From the NCBI GenBank assembly GCA_035550475.1, contig DASZPB010000073.1:76224-140223 (forward strand): a stretch of DNA of 64,000 nt, written 5' to 3'. The notes below the pieces were generated by a model, which did no database searches, was not told the DNA's origin, and was given only the letters and a program-made list of their open reading frames with translations. Both the position numbers and the translations under genes were made by a program. Positions 6,878 through 15,754 of the stretch are shown here, in pieces (within the stretch, counting starts at the first letter, position 1; every line of letters begins with the position of its first letter). Source of the stretch: Bryobacteraceae bacterium (GTDB lineage Bacteria; Acidobacteriota; Terriglobia; Bryobacterales; Bryobacteraceae).

Positions 6878-7481
6878 AGGGACGGCCGTCGGGCGCGGGG
6901 TCGTAGCAGCTATGCGTCAACCCGAAGGGCAGGCTCAGTTCGTGCGCCAGTTTGACAATTTGAGCTTTGCTGAGCGCGAGCAGCGGCGTGTGGATCTGCA
7001 AATGGGTTTTGCCTTCCACGCCGGCCCTGGTGGCGAGGTTGGCCATCGTCTGATAAGCCGCGATGTACTCCGGACGGCAATCGGGATAACCGGAATAATC
7101 GAGCGCGTTGACGCCGATGAAGATGTCGGAACTTTCGAGCACTTCGGCCCAGGCGAGGGCGAAGGAAAGAAAAATCGTATTGCGAGCGGGCACGTAAGTG
7201 ATGGGAATGCCATTTCCCATTTCGGCGGCGGAGCGGCCTTTAGGAACCGCAATATCGGCGGTGAGGGCGGAACCACCGAAGGCTTCCAGATCGATGCGCG
7301 CTACCATATGCCGTTCTGCTCCGAGGTGCGCGGCTATACGGGAGGCCGCCTCCAGTTCGATTCGGTGCCGCTGGCCGTAATCGAATGAAAGGGCGTAACA
7401 GGCATAGTCCTCACGCCGCGCCAGAGCCAGGCAGGTGGAAGAGTCGAGTCCTCCGCTCAATAGACAAACCGCTCGCTTCAC
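6810..7481 (-). CDS. queC: 7-cyano-7-deazaguanine synthase
   Basis: PP-loop [19 protein letters not shown], the central [13 protein letters not shown] motif and the C-terminal zinc cysteines [14 protein letters not shown]. Confidence 0.93.
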   Translation of the reverse strand: MKRAVCLLSGGLDSSTCLALARREDYACYALSFDYGQRHRIELEAASRIAAHLGAERHMVARIDLEAFGGSALTADIAVPKGRSAAEMGNGIPITYVPARNTIFLSFALAWAEVLESSDIFIGVNALDYSGYPDCRPEYIAAYQTMANLATRAGVEGKTHLQIHTPLLALSKAQIVKLAHELSLPFGLTHSCYDPAPDGRPCGQCDSCLLRRKGFQEAGIEDR

Positions 7482-7537
7482 GTGGTTAATTTGAGCTTAA
7501 CGAATTTCCGGAGAGGCCGGTATCATAGTACGCGTAA

Positions 7538-8602
7538 GTGCGAATCCGTTTTCTGACTGCAACCCCAATGGATGTGCGACGCGGCAGTGGCACGTACGTC
7601 GGGATTCACGTTCTGGCGCGGGCGCTCACCGCGCTCGGCCATACCGTCGAATTCGAAACGCCGCACCGGCGGTTCCCGGTCTACACCGTGGAGCGATTGC
7701 TGTTCAACTATTCGCTGCGGCCTTCAGCCGATTTCGATCTCACGGTCGGCTTCGATATGGATGGCTACCGGATCGCGGGCCGCGAACGGGCGCACGCGGC
7801 ATCGCTCAAAGGCGTAATCGCCGATGAAGTGCGCTTTGAAACAGGCATGACGAAGCTCACCATGTCGCTGCAGGCACGGTGTGAAGAACAGCATGTCCAA
7901 CGCGCGGGGCTGGTGCTGGCGACCAGCCGCTACTCAGCCGGACGAGCGCGCGAATTCTACGGATTGGCAGCGGCGCCAGCGATTGTCCCGGAATTGATCG
8001 ACCTGGAAGAGTGGCGGCGATTGCTCCAACTCCATCCAGCGGCTTCCACCTCGCGCTTTCGAGTGCTCTTCGTTGGGCGGTTTTACCGAAGGAAGCGAGT
8101 CGATGTGCTATTGCGCGCGGCGGCACAATTGAACGCGCGGATTCCCGAACTCGAAGTACGCATCGTGGGCAACGGACCGTGCAGGGAGGCGCTGCATCAT
8201 CTCGCGCGGGAATTGAGGCTGGAGAAAGCCGTAACCTGGCTGGGAGACGTCTCGCGCGCGGACTTGGTCGCCGAATACAATTCATGCGGGGCCTTCTGCA
8301 TGCCGAGCGTGCAGGAAGGCTTCGGCATCGTACTGTTGGAGGCCATGGCAGCGGGGAAGGCGATTGTCGCATCCCGCGCGGCGGCAATCCCGGAAGTGGC
8401 GCCTCACGCCATCCTGGTGGAGCCGGAGAGTGCCGAAGCTCTGGCGGCCGGGATCGAAACCCTCTACCGCTCGCCGGAGGTCCGCGCGCAAGCTGCGTCG
8501 GCGGGCATGGCCCGGGTCGCCAACTTCGATGCTCCGCGGGTGGCGCGGTCGTTCCTGGAGGCGGTGAGCTGCCTCAGACCGGCCGGGACTACTTGCCCCT
8601 GA
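7538..8602 (+). CDS. Glycosyltransferase, GT4/GT-B family
   Basis: C-terminal GT-B domain with FVGRFYRRKRVDVLL..., VGNGPCREAL and the E-x7-E motif FCMPSVQEGFGIVLLEAMAAGKAIVAS. GTG start. Confidence 0.8.
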   Translation: MRIRFLTATPMDVRRGSGTYVGIHVLARALTALGHTVEFETPHRRFPVYTVERLLFNYSLRPSADFDLTVGFDMDGYRIAGRERAHAASLKGVIADEVRFETGMTKLTMSLQARCEEQHVQRAGLVLATSRYSAGRAREFYGLAAAPAIVPELIDLEEWRRLLQLHPAASTSRFRVLFVGRFYRRKRVDVLLRAAAQLNARIPELEVRIVGNGPCREALHHLARELRLEKAVTWLGDVSRADLVAEYNSCGAFCMPSVQEGFGIVLLEAMAAGKAIVASRAAAIPEVAPHAILVEPESAEALAAGIETLYRSPEVRAQAASAGMARVANFDAPRVARSFLEAVSCLRPAGTTCP

Positions 8603-8608
8603 CTTCGC

Positions 8609-10012
8609 CTACTTACAGTTGAGCCGAATGGTGAAGCCCACTTGCTGCGAAGCGCCTTCCACGGCTTTGTTCACCACGTATACTGATCCCTCCGAAGCTC
8701 CGCTCGCCAACTGGGCCGGTCTAGTCACACTCAGGATGCCTCCGGAGACGAAACCCGCGATGGGCTGCGCGGCTTCTGCCGCGCGCGACTCGGGCTGGCG
8801 GCTGAAGAGCACGGAGAACTCGGATTGCCCGGGATGTTCGAGCGTCAGCGTGCCGGATGACGGAACCAGGACAGGCACAAGCCTCTGTGCACGGACCTCC
8901 GCCAGCGGGCTCCAAGCGCCGAGCGCGGTGCGCTGCATCACATAGAGGTATCCGTTATCGTTCGGCTCCAGCCGCAGTGTGATCTGGTCGCCCACATGGA
9001 AATCGGCTGCTGGATCGGCTTCGGAGGTTGCTCCGCCGGGCGAATGCAGAAGCACCGTATAGCGCACGCCCAGATGAGGTGCATACGCGACAGTGCGCAC
9101 GGACGCACCTGCCATTCCGGGTGCGGCAGGTTGCACCTCCACACGTGCGCGTGCCGGTGCGGCTGCGGTTTTGGCCTTTCCCGCCGCATCGCTGCTCTCC
9201 GACTTCTTCAGTGACGAAATCGCTGGTCCGGCTGCCTCGTGGGCTTCAGCACTGCGGAAAGAGAAGCCGTAGTAAAGAGTGCGCGGATCTTCCGGGGAAC
9301 GCGGAGCTCCGGACGACAGATTTGCCCCGGCCACACCGCCCAGCGCCCCAAATACGGGGGAACGCGAAACGGCTTCCGATGGACCAGGCGGCGGGGCAGC
9401 GGGCGCAGCCGGAGGCGCGGGAGCCGGAACAGCGGCCGGCGGCGGAGGCGGCACGGCGTCCGCCGTCACCTCAGATTTCGCCTGGGCTTGCAGTTGACGC
9501 TCGGGCGGAGCAGATTCAAGCGCTTTGTCGCGCAAAGGCGCAGGGGCGCGACGCACCGCCCGTTTGCGTTCAACCGTCGGCGGCGTCTCGGGCTGCTCCA
9601 TCTCCACCTGCGCCCGTGGCGGTTCGGCCGGAATCACGCCGGAAGGCAACTGCCGATGATATTGAGCGACGGTGAGCGGCTCAGCCTGGTGCGCAGGATG
9701 GCGCGCTACATAGAGCACGATCAGGGCAGCACAGGCCGTCGCCGCAGCGGCGAACAGAGGCCCTCTCGCCGGTCGTCGAAACCAGCTTGCGAATCGCATC
9801 GGCCGTCGCAGCCGCCGGTTGTCCATCGTGGCGATCAACTGCGCCCGAGCCGCGGGTTCCTGCAGCAGATCGTGCAAAGCCTGCTCCCGGCTCAGCGCGT
9901 TGAATAGTTCCTGATCATCGAGCGCGGCCGCAAACAGCGCCTCGCGTTCCTCAGGCGTCAGGGTGCCGGTGGCATAACCGCCCAACAGCTTTTCGACGTC
10001 TTCCCGGTTCAT
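8609..10012 (-). CDS. Anti-sigma factor-like membrane protein with Pro/Ala-rich linker and DUF4384-like C-terminal domain
   Basis: ORF trimmed to ATG 10012, which forms an ATGA overlap with the upstream sigma gene stop. The N-terminus MNREDVEKLLGGYATGTLTPEEREALFAAALDDQELFNAL is typical of ECF anti-sigma N-domains. It has one TM (LFAAAATACAALIVLYV) and a PPPPPAAVPAPAPPAAPAAPPPGP linker. The C-terminal GDQITLRLEPNDNGYLYVMQR pattern recalls DUF4384. Confidence 0.65.
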   Translation of the reverse strand: MNREDVEKLLGGYATGTLTPEEREALFAAALDDQELFNALSREQALHDLLQEPAARAQLIATMDNRRLRRPMRFASWFRRPARGPLFAAAATACAALIVLYVARHPAHQAEPLTVAQYHRQLPSGVIPAEPPRAQVEMEQPETPPTVERKRAVRRAPAPLRDKALESAPPERQLQAQAKSEVTADAVPPPPPAAVPAPAPPAAPAAPPPGPSEAVSRSPVFGALGGVAGANLSSGAPRSPEDPRTLYYGFSFRSAEAHEAAGPAISSLKKSESSDAAGKAKTAAAPARARVEVQPAAPGMAGASVRTVAYAPHLGVRYTVLLHSPGGATSEADPAADFHVGDQITLRLEPNDNGYLYVMQRTALGAWSPLAEVRAQRLVPVLVPSSGTLTLEHPGQSEFSVLFSRQPESRAAEAAQPIAGFVSGGILSVTRPAQLASGASEGSVYVVNKAVEGASQQVGFTIRLNCK

Positions 10013-10518
10013 CGCTTCCCCGATTCCCAATCGCCGCCCATCAGCTCCAGCAGATTTTTCCGGCACCGGTGATCCCAGGTGTAGATGGTGTTGATGGCGC
10101 CCGCGCCCATCAATTTCTGAATCTCTGGAAACGTCCGGCCCTCCAGTTTGAGGCGGAACAATTCGCGGCAGCGTTCTCCCAATTGCCCGACGGCGCGTTG
10201 CAGGCGCTCAAGCATTTCCTTGCGCTCCATGGCGTCGGCGGGGTTGGAGTCCAGATCCGGCAGAGGGATATCCGAAATGGAGACTTGGTTATATTCACCG
10301 CGCCGGACCGCCTTGCGCCGTTGGGCCATAATTTTGAACCGCACGATTTGCAGGGAAAGTGGCAGGAGGTCTTCCGGACGTTCGAGGTGCGAGTATTTTT
10401 CATGCAACAGCATGAGCACCTCCTGCGCCAGATCTTCGGCGGCGTCTCTCGATAAATGAAATGCCGCGAAGGCTACGATCCTTTCACGCAGCTTCGCGAG
10501 GATCTCTTCCCGCTGCAC
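10009..10518 (-). CDS. ECF-type RNA polymerase sigma factor
   Basis: 169 aa. Region 2-like AAEDLAQEVLMLLHEKY and region 4 HTH ELFRLKLEGRTFPEIQKLMGAGAINTIYTWDHRCRKNL. Overlaps the downstream anti-sigma-like gene. Confidence 0.85.
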   Translation of the reverse strand: MQREEILAKLRERIVAFAAFHLSRDAAEDLAQEVLMLLHEKYSHLERPEDLLPLSLQIVRFKIMAQRRKAVRRGEYNQVSISDIPLPDLDSNPADAMERKEMLERLQRAVGQLGERCRELFRLKLEGRTFPEIQKLMGAGAINTIYTWDHRCRKNLLELMGGDWESGKR

Positions 10519-10650
10519 TGGTTTTACCGGCTAACGCAATGATAACAGGAACCCAAATCTGCGACCCGGCCGGCGCCGTTCCCGCGTCATGGTGCGTAAT
10601 TCCACGCAGCCCTTCTTACTTCCGGCTTTCCTTTTCCGATACAATTCGGT

Positions 10651-12069
10651 GTGTCCCGTGTCCTGATGGTTTCCTCCGAGGCCGCGCCTTTGGCCAAGAC
10701 CGGCGGGCTGGCCGATGTTGTCGGATCGCTGCCCGCCGCGCTTCAGATGTGTGGTGATGAGGCGGCGGTCGTGCTTCCGCGCTATGGCTCGATTGACCTG
10801 AAGGGCGCGCGCCGCGTCTATGACAACGTGCCGGTTTTCCTGGGTCCGGCGCGCTATGACACGGTGATTTACCAGGTTTCCGAAAAGGTTCCCTACTTCC
10901 TGGTGGATTGTCCGCCTCTGTTCGAGCGCAAAGGCTTCTACGGCGATAACGGGCGGGATTACCCGGATAATCACATTCGTTTTGCTGTTTTAGCGCGCGC
11001 CGCATTGGCCGTATCGCGGTTCCTCTTTCGCACTGACGTGTTGCACTGTCACGATTGGCAGGCCGGACTGGTGCCCGCTTATCTGCGGACTGTCTTCGCC
11101 ACTGATCCGACGTTTCTCGGCATGAAGGTGCTGTTTACTATTCACAACCTGGGCTATCAGGGGCTGTTTCCGAAGACCGCGCTGGCGCAGATCGGCCTTG
11201 ATTCCAGTGTTTTCCGGCCGGAAGGCATGGAGTTTTTTGGGCAAGTGAGCCTGATCAAAGGCGGCATTGCCTATGCGGACGCGCTCAACACGGTGAGCCC
11301 TACGTATGCCCGGGAAATTCAGACGCCGGAGTACGGTTTCGGGTTGGATGGCGCGCTGCGAGCGCGCTCGGCGGACCTGACGGGTATCCTGAATGGCGCC
11401 GATTACGGAGAATGGAGTCCGGAAATCGACCCATGGATTCCGGCCCGCTATTCGGCCGATGATCTGAGCGGAAAAGCGGTATGTAAACTGCATCTGCTAA
11501 GGGAATTCGGGTTGCCCGACGAAGCGGCCGCGCAGCCGCTGGCTGGCGTGGTTTCGCGTTTTACACGCCAGAAGGGAACCGATCTGATCGCCGAGACCGC
11601 GAGCGAGATGTTGGAAGAGGGCCTGAACCTGGTGGCCCTTGGAACCGGAGAACCGGAGTACGAAGACTTTTTCCGCCAGATCGCGGCGAAACACCCGGGT
11701 AGAATCGCTGTCCGCGTTGGATTCGACAACGCCTTAGCACACCGGATCGAAGCCGGCTCGGACCTGTTTTTGATGCCCAGCCGCTATGAACCATGTGGGC
11801 TAAATCAAATTTTCAGTTTGAGATACGGAACAGTGCCAGTGGTTCGCGCCGTCGGCGGCCTTGATGATACTATCGAAGACGGCACGGGGTTTAAATTCGC
11901 CGAATATTCCGGCGAGGCGCTTTTGGGATCTGTTCGTGCCGCTGTCCGGGCATATCGAGACCAGGACGGGTGGCGGACGATGATGCGCCGCGGAATGCAG
12001 GAGGATTTTTCCTGGAAAGTCTCGGCCGCTGAGTATTCGCGGCTGTACCGGCGGCTTCAGGAAGGATGA
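10651..12069 (+). CDS. glgA: Glycogen synthase (ADP-glucose type)
   Basis: N-terminal VLMVSSEAAPLAKTGGLADVVGSLPAAL (the KTGGL motif), HCHDWQAGL, and C-terminal LMPSRYEPCGLNQIFSLRYGTVPVVRAVGGLDDT. Confidence 0.93.
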   Translation: MSRVLMVSSEAAPLAKTGGLADVVGSLPAALQMCGDEAAVVLPRYGSIDLKGARRVYDNVPVFLGPARYDTVIYQVSEKVPYFLVDCPPLFERKGFYGDNGRDYPDNHIRFAVLARAALAVSRFLFRTDVLHCHDWQAGLVPAYLRTVFATDPTFLGMKVLFTIHNLGYQGLFPKTALAQIGLDSSVFRPEGMEFFGQVSLIKGGIAYADALNTVSPTYAREIQTPEYGFGLDGALRARSADLTGILNGADYGEWSPEIDPWIPARYSADDLSGKAVCKLHLLREFGLPDEAAAQPLAGVVSRFTRQKGTDLIAETASEMLEEGLNLVALGTGEPEYEDFFRQIAAKHPGRIAVRVGFDNALAHRIEAGSDLFLMPSRYEPCGLNQIFSLRYGTVPVVRAVGGLDDTIEDGTGFKFAEYSGEALLGSVRAAVRAYRDQDGWRTMMRRGMQEDFSWKVSAAEYSRLYRRLQEG

Positions 12070-12110
12070 ATCCCAGCCAACCGTTTAAGATCTAATAGCT
12101 AGGAGACGAC

Positions 12111-12440
12111 ATGGCAGGTCAGAACACGTTAACCTTTTCCGATACAACGTTCGATCAGGACGTACTCCGGGCGGATGTACCGGTTCTGGTGGACTTCTGG
12201 GCCGAATGGTGCGGCCCCTGCCGGCAGATGGCTCCCACGATCGACGTCGTGGCGAAGGAGTATGCCGGTAAGCTCAAGGTGGGAAAACTGGACGTCGATT
12301 CCAACAACAACACGGCAATGCGGTATAACATCCGCGGCATTCCGACGCTTCTGCTGTTCAAGGGCGGTAACATCGTGGAGCAGCGGGTGGGCGCGATCGG
12401 CAAGTCCGAAGTGCAGAAGATGATCGATCCGCACGTGTAA
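12111..12440 (+). CDS. trxA: Thioredoxin
   Basis: 109 aa with VLVDFWAEWCGPCRQMAP (WCGPC active site) and a GIPTLLLFKGG motif. Confidence 0.95.
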   Translation: MAGQNTLTFSDTTFDQDVLRADVPVLVDFWAEWCGPCRQMAPTIDVVAKEYAGKLKVGKLDVDSNNNTAMRYNIRGIPTLLLFKGGNIVEQRVGAIGKSEVQKMIDPHV

Positions 12441-12464
12441 GCTTGGAAAGACTGAAGACATTGG

Positions 12465-12497
12465 AAGCCGGGACACGGCAGCGCGTCCCGGCTTTTG
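12465..12497 (+). terminator. Rho-independent terminator downstream of trxA
   Basis: A 9-bp GC-rich stem, AGCCGGGAC (12466-12474) with GTCCCGGCT (12485-12493), followed by TTTTG. It lies 25 nt after the trxA stop. Confidence 0.7.
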
Positions 12498-12513
12498 CTT
12501 GTCACCTGCTGGT

Positions 12514-12882
12514 TCAGCCGGCGGCAGGAAGCGGGTTGGCAGCCTCATCCTGGCATTTGACGCAGTAGCGCGCCCAAGGCAGAACGCGCAGCCGCTTCGG
12601 TGGAATGGGCGTCTCACACGCGAGACAGATACCGAAGTCGCCGGAATCCAACCGGTCGAGCGCTTCGTCCACGAGCTTCAATTGTCCATAGTCGAGGCTG
12701 TTGATGCGCAGTGAAATGAATTCGTCGTGCGAAATTTGCGCCTGATCTTCCTCGGCGACGCGGCCCATGTGGGCCAGCGTGTCAAACTGAATTCCCAGGC
12801 TGGAGAGCACTTCCGCACGACGTTCCAATAGTTCCCGCCGGTAAGCCTGCATGCTGCCGGAGGCGTGCCCCTCTTTCTTCAT
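12514..12882 (-). CDS. DksA/TraR-family C4 zinc-finger protein
   Basis: ORF 12514-12963 trimmed to ATG 12882 (GGAGG 5 nt upstream). A coiled-coil N-part is followed by the C-terminal CLACETPIPPKRLRVLPWARYCVKCQ four-cysteine finger typical of DksA/TraR. Confidence 0.8.
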   Translation of the reverse strand: MKKEGHASGSMQAYRRELLERRAEVLSSLGIQFDTLAHMGRVAEEDQAQISHDEFISLRINSLDYGQLKLVDEALDRLDSGDFGICLACETPIPPKRLRVLPWARYCVKCQDEAANPLPAAG

Positions 12883-13012
12883 AAGGCCTCCCCACAATCT
12901 GTTTCGCTCATCGCGAACAGCATAGTGGTTCAAGAAGCTATCAGAATTCTCCATTTTGAACAATACGAAATTTGAAGTAATCCCTTGGATATGGGATTAC
13001 CAGCACGTGATT

Positions 13013-13594
13013 TTACTTGGGCGGGAGCATGTACTCGGAAAGGTCTCCGATCATCTTTTGCTCTTCCGGTGAGTACTTGCTTTTGAAGTCATCGCTGTTC
13101 AGCAGATTGCGCCGTTCGCTTTCCGACAGGGAACCCATATTCTGAAGCTCTCTGGCAATGGCTTGGCGGCGGCGCGGAGGCAGTTGATTCAAGCTCTGCA
13201 TCTGGCGGCGTACCAGATTCTGCTTTTCGGGGCTCAACTGGGAAAATCGCTCGTAACGCTTCAGAACGGCCGCCTGATCGTCGCTCGAGAGGTTATCGAA
13301 GCGCTGAAGCTGGCGCCGGATGCGGTTCTGCCGTTCGGGCGGCAGCTTTTCCAGGGCGCGTTCGCGCTGCTCTGGCGTCATGCGCATGAGCCGGGACGCG
13401 GCATTCCCTGGATTCATGAGCGGCCTACGCTGCCGCTTCGGTGCGTTGACCTTTGGCAGACGCGGATTTACCTGGCGTGCTGCTCGAGCGGCGGCTCGGG
13501 GCGGCGGCGCCGGAGGGCGCGCCTCACCGGATTGCAGGCAGAAAGCACCGGCCAGAGCCAGCCACATTACTCCGCGAATGCGCGGCAGGTCCAT
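13013..13594 (-). CDS. Secreted repeat protein with LTXXQ-like motifs (DUF3106 / Spy-CpxP-like)
   Basis: Signal peptide MDLPRIRGVMWLALAGAFCLQSGEA. Five helical repeats carry MTPEQRERA, LSSDDQAAV, LSPEKQNLV, LSESERRNL and YSPEEQKMI. It is the last gene of a sigma/anti-sigma cluster. Confidence 0.6.
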   Translation of the reverse strand: MDLPRIRGVMWLALAGAFCLQSGEARPPAPPPRAAARAARQVNPRLPKVNAPKRQRRPLMNPGNAASRLMRMTPEQRERALEKLPPERQNRIRRQLQRFDNLSSDDQAAVLKRYERFSQLSPEKQNLVRRQMQSLNQLPPRRRQAIARELQNMGSLSESERRNLLNSDDFKSKYSPEEQKMIGDLSEYMLPPK

Positions 13595-13604
13595 AGGCGA
13601 GCAA

Positions 13605-14108
13605 TCAGATCTTACTGGGGTCAGGCGTATCGGGAGTAACCAGGTCGTTGAATTCGCTCAGCATTTCCAGATCATCGAGAGCATGTTCCACCTGTTCCGG
13701 CTGCGTGACCTCCACCACTTGTGCTGGCGGCGGCTGAGATGGCAATACGGGCGCGGCGGGACGATCGAGCAGCACGCCCGCCATCACCACTAATCCGGCC
13801 GCGGCGGCAATAGGCAATCCCCGCCGGACCAGCATCGGGCGCAGCGGCAGGAGCACTCGATCCCACCAGCCCGTACGTTCTTCGATCCGGCGGTACAGGC
13901 GCCGGTCAAAATCAGCCGAAACAGGCGTCTCTTCCCAAAATTCAAGAGCCTGCCACACTTTCTGCTGTCCCTGCGCGAATTCGCGGCAAGCGGCACAGCC
14001 TTCCATGTGCTGCTCCAGACCGGCCGCAACATCGCGGCTGAGTCTGCCGGCGCTGTATGCGAGCAGCAACTCTGTTTGTTCCCGAGTCTCCATTGGGCAC
14101 TTCGTCAT
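13605..14108 (-). CDS. Anti-sigma factor, zf-HC2 type, single-pass membrane
   Basis: N-terminal H-x3-C-x2-C motif (HMEGCAACREF), one TM (GLPIAAAAGLVVMAGVLL), located 7 nt downstream of an ECF sigma gene. Confidence 0.8.
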   Translation of the reverse strand: MTKCPMETREQTELLLAYSAGRLSRDVAAGLEQHMEGCAACREFAQGQQKVWQALEFWEETPVSADFDRRLYRRIEERTGWWDRVLLPLRPMLVRRGLPIAAAAGLVVMAGVLLDRPAAPVLPSQPPPAQVVEVTQPEQVEHALDDLEMLSEFNDLVTPDTPDPSKI

Positions 14109-14115
14109 AAGTACC

Positions 14116-14721
14116 TCACGCCATATGTGCCAAACGGGCGCGCAGCGTTTCGTACGCCCGAAAGAGCAAAGACTTCACCGCAGATTCCGAACAATTCAGC
14201 ACCTTGGCAATCTGCGAATATTCCATTTCTTCATACTTGTGCATCAAAACGGCGGCCCGCTGTTTTTCGGGCAATCCGGCCACAGCGCGGCGAACTTCTT
14301 CCAGCCGCGCCTGATACACCATAGCCTGTTCGACGGATGGACGCGAATCCGATAATTGCCGTACCGGCAGGTCGGTAGAGTCATCATCCAGCCGTTCCTG
14401 GGACCGTTCCTTCTTCCCATCGCGCAGTGAATTCAGCGCCAGGTGAGTCGCGATCCGAAAAAGCCAAGTGGTAAACTTCGCGGTCGGTTCATATGTGCTC
14501 CGCGAGCGGTATACCCGCAGGAACACCTCCTGCGCCAACTCTTCGGCAACCGCGTGGTTCTGGATCATCCGGTAGAGGAAGTGAACGACCGACGAGCGAT
14601 GTTTATCGAGTAAGACTCCGAAGCTCGCTCCGTCCCCCTCTTTGACGCGGAGCATCAGCTCGGCATCATAGTCCAGGGCCGCCGCAGTTGCCCCCATACT
14701 CGTCTTAACCCGTTCAGACAT
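14116..14721 (-). CDS. ECF-type RNA polymerase sigma factor (RpoE-like)
   Basis: 201 aa. Region 2 VVHFLYRMIQNHAVAEELAQEVFLRVY and region 4 QRAAVLMHKYEEMEYSQIAKVLNCSESAVKSLLFRAYETLR. Confidence 0.88.
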   Translation of the reverse strand: MSERVKTSMGATAAALDYDAELMLRVKEGDGASFGVLLDKHRSSVVHFLYRMIQNHAVAEELAQEVFLRVYRSRSTYEPTAKFTTWLFRIATHLALNSLRDGKKERSQERLDDDSTDLPVRQLSDSRPSVEQAMVYQARLEEVRRAVAGLPEKQRAAVLMHKYEEMEYSQIAKVLNCSESAVKSLLFRAYETLRARLAHMA

Positions 14722-14755
14722 CCAAGGTTGCGCTGATCGCGGGAGTTTTCCGAGG

Positions 14756-15754
14756 CTATTCCCCTTTGAGCGAGCGCTCCATTAACCGCCGGATTGCCTC
14801 CGGCGGCGATATTCCGAAGTGCAGCATTTGAAACATCTGGTCAGAGATTGGCATTTCCACCCCGTAGCGAAGGGCGAGATCCACCACGGCATTGGTCGTC
14901 TTGATTCCCTCTGCGACCATTTTCATGGAATTCACGATTTCGTCCAGTTTCCGGCCGCGCGCGAGTTCGATCCCGACCCTGCGATTGCGGCTCAAGTCCC
15001 CGGTGCAAGTCAGGACCAGATCGCCTAAGCCTGCCAAGCCAGCGAGAGTTTGTGCGCGTCCTCCCATGGCAACCGCCAAGCGAGTGATCTCAGCCAGTCC
15101 CCGCGTGATCAGAGCGGCCATGACGTTATGGCCGGAACCCAACCCATGCAGGACACCAGCGCCGATGGCGATTACGTTCTTGGCTGCCCCGCCAATTTCT
15201 ACCCCGATAGTATCTGTGCTGGTATAAAGACGGAACGTGGACCCCGAAAAAGCCGTCTGGATGCAGCGAGCAATATCTTCGTTCGCTGATGCTACTACAA
15301 GTGCCGTTGGATCACCGCAGGCGACTTCGCGGGCGAACGTTGGTCCCGAAATGGCGGCTACGGACGGGCGAAAACGGGATTGAACCGATTCCGAAATAAC
15401 ATCCGACATCCGTAGTAAACTATTATTTTCCAATCCCTTAGTCGCGCTGACGAACAGCATTCGTTCGTTGAGCCAAGGCAACATCTGCTCGTAGAGGCTC
15501 CGCGCCAGATGGGACGGCATTACGCTGAGAACGATTTCCGCGCCGTCGAGAGCGTGCTCCAGAGAGTTCGTGGGGTCCACATTCGCGGGTAAGGAGAACC
15601 CGGGCAGATAGACATCGTTTTCGCGGGTCTCCCGTATGCGGTGGGCAAGATCAGCCTCGTAGATCCAGAGGCGGACTGTCTGAAAACGCGGCGCCAAGGC
15701 CAAGGCGAGCGCCGTGCCCCAGCTTCCGCCGCCGATAATGGCGAGACGCGTCAC
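14756..15754 (-). CDS. gpsA: NAD(P)H-dependent glycerol-3-phosphate dehydrogenase
   Basis: The 418-aa ORF is trimmed to GTG 15754, which forms a GTGA overlap with the plsY stop. (V)TRLAIIGGGSWGTALA is a Rossmann motif. ...AAKNVIAIGAG... and the rest match GpsA along the whole length. Confidence 0.9.
   Translation of the reverse strand: MTRLAIIGGGSWGTALALALAPRFQTVRLWIYEADLAHRIRETRENDVYLPGFSLPANVDPTNSLEHALDGAEIVLSVMPSHLARSLYEQMLPWLNERMLFVSATKGLENNSLLRMSDVISESVQSRFRPSVAAISGPTFAREVACGDPTALVVASANEDIARCIQTAFSGSTFRLYTSTDTIGVEIGGAAKNVIAIGAGVLHGLGSGHNVMAALITRGLAEITRLAVAMGGRAQTLAGLAGLGDLVLTCTGDLSRNRRVGIELARGRKLDEIVNSMKMVAEGIKTTNAVVDLALRYGVEMPISDQMFQMLHFGISPPEAIRRLMERSLKGE

Noticed and set aside
9370-9480. 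A GC-rich, quasi-repetitive DNA stretch (GGCGGC/GCCGGA units) that could be mistaken for a tandem repeat.
   Set aside because: On the minus strand it encodes the Pro/Ala linker (PPPPPAAVPAPAPPAAPAAPPPGP) of the anti-sigma-like protein. It is low-complexity coding sequence, not a non-coding repeat.
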